From assembly GCA_964016885.1 (NCBI GenBank), contig OZ024741.1, forward strand, positions 260,772,001-260,836,000: a DNA stretch of 64,000 bases, given 5' to 3'. Made by a program: the position numbers and the translations under genes. Under the pieces are notes generated by a model, which had not been told where the DNA came from, did no database searches, and saw only the letters and a list, made by a program, of their open reading frames with translations. This document shows, piece by piece, positions 53,901 through 64,000 of this stretch; position 1 is the stretch's first letter; each line of letters opens with the position of its first letter. This DNA comes from Eledone cirrhosa (lineage: Eukaryota).

Positions 53901-56900
53901 TTTTGACTTACGGGTGTTTCGGCTTACGAGTGTTTCGACTTACGATTGTTTGGCTTACGAATGTTTCGGCTTACGAGTGTTTCGACTTACGAGAGTTTTG
54001 ACTTACGGTGTTTCGGCTTACGAGTGTTTCGACTTACGAGTGTTTTGACTTACGGGTGTTTTGACATACGAGTGTTTCGATACGAGTGTTCTGACTTACG
54101 AGTGTTCTGACTTACGAGTGTTCTGACTTACGGGTGTTCTGACTTACGAGTGTTCCGACTTACGAGTGTTTCGGCTTATGAGGGTTTCGACTTACGAGTG
54201 CTTCGGCTTACGAGTGTTTCGACTTACGAGTGTTTCGGCTTACGAGTGTTTCGACTTACGAATGTTTTGGCTTACGAGTGTTTCGGCTTACGAGTGTTTC
54301 GACTTACGAGTGTTTCGACTTACGAGCGTTTTGACTTACGGTGTTTCGGCTTACGAGTGTTTCGACATACGAGTGTTTTGACGTACGGGTGTTTCGACTT
54401 ACGGGTGTTTCGACTTAAGAGTGTTTCGACTTACGAGCGCTTCGACTTACGAGTGTTTCGGCTTACGAGTGTTTCGGCGTATGAGTGTTTTGACTTACGA
54501 GTGTTTCGACTTACGAGTGTTTCGACTTACGAGTGTTTAGACTTACGAGTGTTTCGACTTACGAGTGTTTTGACTTACGAGTGTTTTGACTAACGGTGTT
54601 TCTGCTTACGAGTGTTTCGACTTACGAGTGTTATGACTTACGGGTGTTTTGACATACGAGTGTTTCGATACGAGTGTTTCGACTTACGAGTGTTACGAGT
54701 GTTCTGACTTACGAGTGTTTCGACTTACGAGTGTTCTGACCTACGAGTGTTCTGACTTACGAGTGTTTCGACTTACGAGTGTTTTGACTTACGGGGGTTT
54801 CGACTTACGAGTGTTTCGAGTTACGAGTGTTTCGAGTTACGAGTGTTTCGACTTACGAGTGTTTTTACTTACGAATGTTCTGACTTACGGGTGTTTCGGC
54901 TTACGAGTGTTTCGACTTACGAGTGTTTTAACTTACGGGTGTTTCTACTTACGCGTGTTTCGACTTGCAAGTGTTTCGACTTACGAGTGTTTCGACTTGC
55001 AAGTGTTTCGACTTACGAGTGTTTCGACTACGAATGATCCGACTTACGAGTGTTTCGACTTACGAGTGTTTCGACTTACGAGTGTTCTGACTTATGGGTG
55101 TTCCGACTTACGAGTGTTTCGGCTTACGATTGTTTTGACTTACGATTGTTTTGGCTTACGAATGTTTCGACTTACGAGTGTTTCGACTTACGAGTGTTTT
55201 GACTTACGAGTGTTTTGTCTTACGGGTGTTTTGACATACGAGTGTTTCGATACGAGTGTTCTGACTTACGAGTGTTCTGACTTACGAGTGTTCTCACTTA
55301 CGAGTGTTCTGACTTACGAGTGTTCTGACTTACGGGTGTTCTGACTTACGAGTGTTCCGACTTACGAGTGATTCGGCTTATGAGGGTTTCGACTTACGAG
55401 TGCTTCGGCTTACGAGTGTTTCGACCTACGAGTGTTTCGGCTTACTAGTGTTTTGACGTACGAATGTTTTGGCTTACGCGTGTTTCGTCTTACGAGTGTT
55501 TCGAATTACGAGTGTTTCGACTTACGAGTGTTTTGACTTACGGTGTTTCGGCTTACGAGTGTTTCGACTTACGAATGTTCCGACTTACGAGTGTTTCGAC
55601 TTACGAGTGTTTCGGCGTACGAGTGTTTCGACTTACGAGTGTTTTGACTTACGTGTGTTTCGGCTTACGAGTGTTTCGACTTACGAGTGTTTTGACTTAC
55701 GTGTGTTTCGGCTTACGAGTGTTTTGACTTACGAGTGTTTTGACTTACGGGTGTTTCGGCTTACGAGTGTTTCGACTTACGAGTGTTCTGACTTACGAGT
55801 GTTCCGACTTACCAGCGTTCCGACTTACGAGTGTTTCGACTTACGAGTGTTTCGGCTTACGAGTGTTTCGACTTATGGGTGTTTCGACTTACGAGTGTTT
55901 TTACTTACGGTGTTTCGGCTTACGAGTGTTTCGACATACGAGTGTTTTGACTTACGGGTGTTTCGACTTACGAGTGTTTTGACTTACGAATGTTTTGACT
56001 TACGGGTGTTTCGGCTTCCGAGTGTTTCGACTTACGAGTGTTTCGGCTTACGAGTGTTTCGACTTACTAATGTTTTTACTTACGAGTGTTTCGGCGTACG
56101 AGAGTTTTGACTTACGAGTGTTTCGACTTACGAGTGTTTTGACTTACGAATGTTTTGACTTACGGGTGTTTCGGCTTATGAGTGTTTCGACTTACGAGTC
56201 TTTCGGCTTACGAGTGTTTCGACTTACTAATGTTTTTACTTACGAGTGTTTCGGCGTACGAGTGTTTCGACTTACGAGTGTTTCGACTTACGGGTGTTTT
56301 GACTTACGGGTGTTTCGGCTTACGAGTGTTTCGACTTACGATTGTTTGGCTTACGAATGTTTCGACTTACGAGTGTTTCGACTTACGAGAGTTTTGACTT
56401 ACGGTATTTCGGCTTACGAGTGTTTCGACTTACGAGTGTTTTGACTTACGGGTGTTTTGACATACGAGTGTTTCGATACGAGTGTTCTGACTTACGAGTG
56501 TTCTGACTTACGAGTGTTTCGACTTACGAGTGTTTTGACTTACGGGTGTTTTGACATACGAGTGTTTCGATACGAGTGTTCTGACTTACGAGTGTTCTGA
56601 CTTACGAGTGTTCTGACTTACGGGTGTTCTGACTTACGAGTGTTCCGGCTTACGAGTGTTTCGGCTTATGAGGGTTTCGACTTACGAGTGCTTCGGCTTA
56701 CGAGTGTTTCGACTTACGAGTGTTTCGGATACGAGTGTTTCGACTTACGAATGTTTTGGCTTACGAGTGTTTCGGCTTACGAGTGTTTCGACTTACGAGT
56801 GTTTCGACTTACGAGTGTTTTGACTTACGGTGTTTCGGCTTACGAGTGTTTCGACATACGAGTGTTTTGACGTACGGGTGTTTCGACTTACGGGTGTTTC

Positions 56901-59070
56901 GACTTAAGAGTGTTTCGACTTACGAGCGCTTCGACTTACGAGTGTTTCGGCTTACGAGTGTTTCGGCGTATGAGTGTTTCGACTTACGAGTCTTTCGGCT
57001 TACGAGTGTTTCGACTTACTAATGTTTTTACTTACGAGTGTTTCGGCGTACGAGTGTTTCGACTTACGAGTGTTTCGACTTACGGGTGTTTTGACTTACG
57101 GGTGTTTCGGCTTACGAGTGTTTCGACTTACGATTGTTTGGCTTACGAATGTTTCGGCTTACGAGTGTTTCGACTTACGAGAGTTTTGACTTACGGTGTT
57201 TCGGCTTACGAGTGTTTCGACTTACGAGTGTTTTGACTTACGGGTGTTTTGACATACGAGTGTTTCGATACGAGTGTTCTGACTTACGAGTGTTCTGACT
57301 TACGAGTGTTCTGACTTACGGGTGTTCTGACTTACGAGTGTTCCGACTTACGAGTGTTTCGGCTTATGAGGGTTTCGACTTACGAGTGCTTCGGCTTACG
57401 AGTGTTTCGACTTATGAGTGTTTCGGCTTACGAGTGTTTCGACTTACGAATGTTTTGGCTTACGAGTGTTTCGGCTTACGAGTGTTTCGACTTACGAGTG
57501 TTTCGACTTACGAGCGTTTTGACTTACGGTGTTTCGGCTTACGAGTGTTTCGACATACGAGTGTTTTGACGTACGGGTGTTTCGACTTACGGGTGTTTCG
57601 ACTTAACAGTGTTTCGACTTACGAGCGCTTCGACTTACGAGTGTTTCGGCTTACGAGTGTTTCGGCGTATGAGTGTTTTGACTTACGAGTGTTTCGACTT
57701 ACGAGTGTTTCGACTTACGAGTGTTTAGACTTACGAGTGTTTCGACTTACGAGTGTTTTGACTTACGAGTGTTTTGACTAACGGTGTTTCTGCTTACGAG
57801 TGTTTCGACTTACGAGTGTTATGACTTACGGGTGTTTTGACATACGAGTGTTTCGATACGAGTGTTTCGACTTACGAGTGTTACGAGTGTTCTGACTTAC
57901 GAGTGTTTCGACTTACGAGTGTTCTGACCTACGAGTGTTCTGACTTACGAGTGTTTCGACTTACGAGTGTTTTGACTTACGGGGGTTTCGACTTACGAGT
58001 GTTTCGAGTTACGAGTGTTTCGAGTTACGAGTGTTTCGACTTACGAGTGTTTTTACTTACGAATGTTCTGACTTACGGGTGTTTCGGCTTACGAGTGTTT
58101 CGACTTACGAGTGTTTTAACTTACGGGTGTTTCTACTTACGCGTGTTTCGACTTGCAAGTGTTTCGACTTACGAGTGTTTCGACTTGCAAGTGTTTCGAC
58201 TTACGAGTGTTTCGACTACGAATGATCCGACTTACGAGTGTTTCGACTTACGAGTGTTTCGACTTACGAGTGTTCTGACTTATGGGTGTTCCGACTTACG
58301 AGTGTTTCGGCTTACGATTGTTTTGACTTACGATTGTTTTGGCTTACGAATGTTTCGACTTACGAGTGTTTCGACTTACGAGTGTTTTGACTTACGAGTG
58401 TTTTGTCTTACGGGTGTTTTGACATACGAGTGTTTCGATACGAGTGTTCTGACTTACGAGTGTTCTGACTTACGAGTGTTCTCACTTACGAGTGTTCTGA
58501 CTTACGAGTGTTCTGACTTACGGGTGTTCTGACTTACGAGTGTTCCGACTTACGAGTGATTCGGCTTATGAGGGTTTCGACTTACGAGTGCTTCGGCTTA
58601 CGAGTGTTTCGACCTACGAGTGTTTCGGCTTACGAGTGTTTTGACGTACGAATGTTTTGGCTTACGCGTGTTTCGTCTTACGAGTGTTTCGAATTACGAG
58701 TGTTTCGACTTACGAGTGTTTTGACTTACGGTGTTTCGGCTTACGAGTGTTTCGACTCACGAGAGTTTTAACTTACGGGTGTTTCGACTTACGCGTGTTT
58801 CGACTTACGAATGTTCCGACTTACGAGTGTTTCGACTTACGAGTGTTTCGGCGTACGAGTGTTTCGACTTACGAGTGTTTTGACTTACGTGTGTTTCGGC
58901 TTACGAGTGTTTCGACTTACGAGTGTTTTGACTTACGTGTGTTTCGGCTTACGAGTGTTTTGACTTACGAGTGTTTTGACTTACGGGTGTTTCGGCTTAC
59001 GAGTGTTTCGACTTACGAGTGTTCTGACTTACGAGTGTTCCGACTTACCAGCGTTCCGACTTACGAGTGT
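35950..59070 (+). repeat. 3236-bp higher-order repeat domain, about 7 copies, with no AT-rich interruption (boundaries approximate)
   Basis: The same 231-aa repeat ORF recurs at 37929, 41133, 44337, 48177, 51413, 54649 and 57837 (spacings 3204, 3204, 3840, 3236, 3236, 3188). Diagnostic monomers GACTTGCAAG (twice), GAATGATCC, TTCTCACTT and TTTAGACTT recur in each unit. Confidence 0.92.
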
Positions 59071-60504
59071 TTCGGCTTACGAGTGTTCCGACTTACGAGT
59101 GTTTTGACTTACGAGTGTTTTGACTTACGGTGTTTCGGCTTACGAGTGTTTTGACTTACGAGTGTTTTGACTTACGGGTGTTTTGACATACGAGTGTTTC
59201 GATACGAGTGTTCTGACTTACGAGTGTTCTGACTTACGAGCGTTCTGACTTACGAGTGTTCTGACTTACGAGTGGTCTGACTTACGGGTGTTCTTACTTA
59301 CGAGTGTTCCGACTTACGAGTGTTTCAGCTTATGAGTGTTTCGACTTACGAGTGCTTCGGTTTACGAGTGTTTCGACTTACGAGTGTTTCGACTTACGAG
59401 TGTTTTGACTTACGAGTGTTTTGTCTAACGGTGTTTCTGCTTACGAGTGTTTCGACTTACGAGTGTTATGACTTACGGGTGTTTTGACATACGAGTGTTT
59501 CGATACGAGTGTTTAGACTTACAAGTGTTACGAGTGTTCTGACTTACGAGTGTTTCGACTTACGAGTGTTCTGACCTTCGAGTGTTCTGACTTACGAGTG
59601 TTTCGACTTACGAGTGTTTTGACTTACGGGTGTTTCGACTTACGAGTGTTTCGAGTTACGAGTGTTTCGACTTACGAGTGTTTTTACTTACGAATGTTCT
59701 GAATTACGGGTGTTTCGGCTTACGAGTGTTTCGACTTACGAGTGTTTTGACTTACGGGTGTTTTGACTTACGGGTGTTGTGAATTACGAGTGTTCCGATT
59801 TACGAGTGTTTTGACTTACGGTGTTTCGGCTAACGAGTGATTCGACTTGCGAGTGTTTCGACTTACTAATGTTTTTACTTACCAGTTTTTCGGCGTACGA
59901 GTGTTTCGACTTACGAGTGTTTCGACTTACGGGTGTTTTGACTTAAGGGTGTTTCGACTTACAAGTGTTTCGACTTACGAGTGTTTCGACTTACGAGTGT
60001 TCTGACTTACGAGTGTTCTGATTTACGGATGTTTCAACATACGAGTGTTTCGACTTAGGAGTGTTTCGACTTACGAGTGTTTTGACTTACGGGTGTTTTG
60101 ACATACGAGTGTTTCGATACGAGTGTTTCGACTTACGAGTGTTCTGACTTACGAGTGTTCTGACTTACGAGTGTACTGACTTACGAGTGTTCTGATTTAC
60201 GAGTGTTCCGACTTACGAGTGTTTCGGCTTACGAGTGTTTCGGCTTACGAGTGTTTCGACTCACGAGTGTTTCGACTTACGAGTGTTCCGACTTACGGGT
60301 GTTTCGACTTACGAGTGGTTTGGCTTACGGTGTTTCGGCTTACGAGTGTTTCGAGTTACGAGTGTTTTGACTTACGCGTGTTTTGACATACGAGTGTTTC
60401 GATACGAGTGTTCTGACTTACGAGTGTTCTGACTTACGAGTGTTCCGACTTTACGAGTGTTTCGGCTCACGAGTGTTTCGGCTTACGAGTGTTTCGACTT
60501 ACGA

Positions 60505-60581
60505 AAATAACAAATAGACGCGGTTTCAAATCTCTATGATTTTCAAATTCATTACATTAATCTTTATTTATACGTTTCGCT
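60505..60581. repeat. 77-bp AT-rich interruption, copy 11
   Basis: Read directly; internal ATG at 60536; follows an interruption-free stretch of about 25.5 kb. Confidence 0.95.
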
Positions 60582-63500
60582 TTACGAGTGTTTCGACTTA
60601 CGAGTGTTTCGACATACGAGTGTTTCGACTTCCGAATGTTTTTGCTTACGGGTGTTTCGACTTACGAATGTTTCGGCTTACGAGTGTTTCGGCTTACGAG
60701 TGTTCCGACTTAGGAGTGTTTCGGCTTACGAGTGTTTCCGGCTTACGAGTGTTTCGACTTACGAGTGTTTCGACTTTCGAGTGTTTTGACTTACGGTGTT
60801 TCGGCTTACGAGTGATTCGACTTACGAGTGTTTTGACTTACGGGTGTTTTGACTTACGGGTGTTGTGAATTACCAGTGTTCCGATTTACGAGTATTTTGA
60901 CTTACGGTGTTTCGGCTTGCGAGTGTTTCGACTCACGAGTGTTTCGGCTTATGAGTGTTTCGACTTACTAATGTTTTTACTTACGAGTGTTTCGGCGTTC
61001 GAGTGTTTTGCCTTACGAGTGTTTCGACTTAAGAGTGTTTTGACTTACGAATGTTTTGACTTACGGGTGTTTCGGCTTATGAGTGTTTCGACTTACGAGT
61101 GTTTCGACATATGAGTGTTTCGACTTACGAGTGTTCTGACTTACGAGTGTTCTGACTTACGAATGTTCCGACTTACGAGTGTTTCGGTTTACGAGTGTTT
61201 CGACATACGAGTGTTTTGACTTACGGGTGTTTCGACTTACGGGTGTTTCGAATTACGAGTGTTTCGGCTTACGAGTGTTTCGACTTACTAATGTTTTTAC
61301 TTACGAGTGTTTCGGTGTACGAATGTTTTGACTTAAGGATGTTTCGACTTACAAGTGTTTCGACTTACGAGTGTTTCGGCTTACGTGAGTTTCGACTTAA
61401 GAGTGTTCTGATTTACGAGTGTTCTGACTTGCGGGTGTTCTGATTTACGAGTGTTCCGACTTACGAGTGTTTCGGCTTATGAGTGTTTCGACTTACGAGT
61501 GTTTCGGCTTACGAGTGTTTCGACTTATGGGTGTTTCGACTTACGAGTGTTTTTACTTACGGTGTTTCGGCTTACGAGTGTTTCGACATACGAGTGTTTT
61601 GACTTACGGGTGTTTCGACTTACTAATGTTTTTACTTACGAGTGTTTCGGCGTACGAGAGTTTTGACTTACGAGTGTTTCGACTTACGAGTGTTTTGACT
61701 TACGAATGTTTTGACTTACGGGTGTTTCGGCTTATGAGTGTTTCGACTTACGAGTCTTTCGGCTTACGAGTGTTTCGACTTACTAATGTTTTTACTTACG
61801 AGTGTTTCGGCGTACGAGTGTTTCGACTTACGAGTGTTTCGACTTACGGGTGTTTTGACTTACGGGTGTTTCGGCTTACGAGTGTTTCGACTTACGATTG
61901 TTTGGCTTACGAATGTTTCGACTTACGAGTGTTTCGACTTACGAGAGTTTTGACTTACGGTATTTCGGCTTACGAGTGTTTCGACTTACGAGTGTTTTGA
62001 CTTACGGGTGTTTTGACATACGAGTGTTTCGATACGAGTGTTCTGACTTACGAGTGTTCTGACTTACGAGTGTTTCGACTTACGAGTGTTTTGACTTACG
62101 GGTGTTTTGACATACGAGTGTTTCGATACGAGTGTTCTGACTTACGAGTGTTCTGACTTACGAGTGTTCTGACTTACGGGTGTTCTGACTTACGAGTGTT
62201 CCGGCTTACGAGTGTTTCGGCTTATGAGGGTTTCGACTTACGAGTGCTTCGGCTTACGAGTGTTTCGACTTACGAGTGTTTCGGATACGAGTGTTTCGAC
62301 TTACGAATGTTTTGGCTTACGAGTGTTTCGGCTTACGAGTGTTTCGACTTACGAGTGGTTCGACTTACGAGTGTTTTGACTTACGGTGTTTCGGCTTACG
62401 AGTGTTTCGACATACGAGTGTTTTGACGTACGGGTGTTTCGACTTACGGGTGTTTCGACTTAAGAGTGTTTCGACTTACGAGCGCTTCGACTTACGAGTG
62501 TTTCGGCTTACGAGTGTTTCGGCGTATGAGTGTTTCGACTTACGAGTCTTTCGGCTTACGAGTGTTTCGACTTACTAATGTTTTTACTTACGAGTGTTTC
62601 GGCGTACGAGTGTTTCGACTTACGAGTGTTTCGACTTACGGGTGTTTTGACTTACGGGTGTTTCGGCTTACGAGTGTTTCGACTTACGATTGTTTGGCTT
62701 ACGAATGTTTCGGCTTACGAGTGTTTCGACTTACGAGAGTTTTGACTTACGGTGTTTCGGCTTACGAGTGTTTCGACTTACGAGTGTTTTGACTTACGGG
62801 TGTTTTGACATACGAGTGTTTCGATACGAGTGTTCTGACTTACGAGTGTTCTGACTTACGAGTGTTCTGACTTACGGGTGTTCTGACTTACGAGTGTTCC
62901 GACTTACGAGTGTTTCGGCTTATGAGGGTTTCGACTTACGAGTGCTTCGGCTTACGAGTGTTTCGACTTACGAGTGTTTCGGCTTACGAGTGTTTCGACT
63001 TACGAATGTTTTGGCTTACGAGTGTTTCGGCTTACGAGTGTTTCGACTTACGAGTGTTTCGACTTACGAGCGTTTTGACTTACGGTGTTTCGGCTTACGA
63101 GTGTTTCGACATACGAGTGTTTTGACGTACGGGTGTTTCGACTTACGGGTGTTTCGACTTAAGAGTGTTTCGACTTACGAGCGCTTCGACTTACGAGTGT
63201 TTCGGCTTACGAGTGTTTCGGCGTATGAGTGTTTTGACTTACGAGTGTTTCGACTTACGAGTGTTTCGACTTACGAGTGTTTAGACTTACAAGTGTTTCG
63301 ACTTACGAGTGTTTTGACTTACGAGTGTTTTGACTAACGGTGTTTCTGCTTACGAGTGTTTCGACTTACGAGTGTTATGACTTACGGGTGTTTTGACATA
63401 CGAGTGTTTCGATACGAGTGTTTCGACTTACGAGTGTTACGAGTGTTCTGACTTACGAGTGTTTCGACTTACGAGTGTTCTGACCTACGAGTGTTCTGAC

Positions 63501-64000
63501 TTACGAGTGTTTCGACTTACGAGTGTTTTGACTTACGGGGGTTTCGACTTACGAGTGTTTCGAGTTACGAGTGTTTCGAGTTACGAGTGTTTCGACTTAC
63601 GAGTGTTTTTACTTACGAATGTTCTGACTTACGGGTGTTTCGGCTTACGAGTGTTTCGACTTACGAGTGTTTTAACTTACGGGTGTTTCTACTTACGCGT
63701 GTTTCGACTTGCAAGTGTTTCGACTTACGAGTGTTTCGACTTGCAAGTGTTTCGACTTACGAGTGTTTCGACTACGAATGATCCGACTTACGTGTGTTTC
63801 GACTTACGAGTGTTTCGACTTACGAGTGTTCTGACTTATGGGTGTTCCGACTTACGAGTGTTTCGGCTTACGATTGTTTTGACTTACGATTGTTTTGGCT
63901 TACGAATGTTTCGACTTACGAGTGTTTCGACTTACGAGTGTTTTGACTTACGAGTGTTTTGTCTTACGGGTGTTTTGACATACGAGTGTTTCGATACGAG

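Larger units (their letters stand above)
1..64000 (+). repeat. 16-bp satellite DNA array (consensus GACTTACGAGTGTTTC), running off both window ends
   Basis: The monomer can be read continuously from base 1 to base 64000 in a single orientation. Common substitutions are TTTCGA>TTTTGA/TTCTGA/TTCCGA, CGACT>CGGCT and ACGAG>ACGGG/ACGAA/ATGAG. Length variants are 14 bp (TTTCGATACGAG), 15 bp (TACGGTGTTTC) and 17 bp (CCGACTTTACG, TTTCCGGCTT). Confidence 0.99.

Noticed and set aside
29790-59070. HORs as a pure assembly artefact
   Set aside because: Copies carry private and hierarchically shared variants, which fits real duplication history. Exact copy number still needs read-level confirmation.
26-63781. 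Hundreds of plus-strand ORFs with LRVFRLTSVSTYECFD-like repeats
   Set aside because: They are translations of a stop-free 16-bp repeat. The same peptide appears in all three frames, most starts are GTG or TTG within the monomer, and frameshifting 14-, 15- and 17-bp monomers and TGA-creating variants are frequent. The minus strand has no ORFs only because each monomer contains TAA.
1-64000. CRISPR array
   Set aside because: Repeats are directly adjacent with no unique spacers, the only interruptions are identical to each other, and no cas genes are present.
1-64000. Telomerase-made telomeric repeat
   Set aside because: The array is TG-skewed, but it has no G-tract consensus, carries many inherited variants organised into kilobase HORs, and matches no telomere repeat I recognise.

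Overview
The whole 64 kb window is one head-to-tail satellite DNA array of a 16-bp monomer (consensus GACTTACGAGTGTTTC, roughly 4,000 copies, all in one orientation, 7/16 GC, two CpGs per unit). It is most likely eukaryotic heterochromatic or centromere-like DNA; the host cannot be identified from the sequence. No real genes are supported. The ORFs are translations of the repeat: three monomers (48 bp) give the 16-aa period LRVFRLTSVSTYECFD, and the minus strand carries TAA in every monomer. Monomer variants are arranged in nested higher-order repeats (HORs): 94, 400, 575, ~699 and 746 bp local duplications, 1834 and ~3948 bp duplications, a 2517-bp HOR (about 3 copies), a 3236-bp HOR (about 7 copies) grouped into a ~10.3-kb super-repeat, and 18-31 kb long-range similarities. 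The only clearly non-monomer DNA is a 77-bp AT-rich interruption present in 11 near-identical copies with the same upstream flank. A more diverged, single-copy-looking patch lies at about 22.9-25.1 kb. Speculative leads are a possible origin of the monomer from pogo/Tigger-type transposon end repeats and a near CENP-B-box motif.
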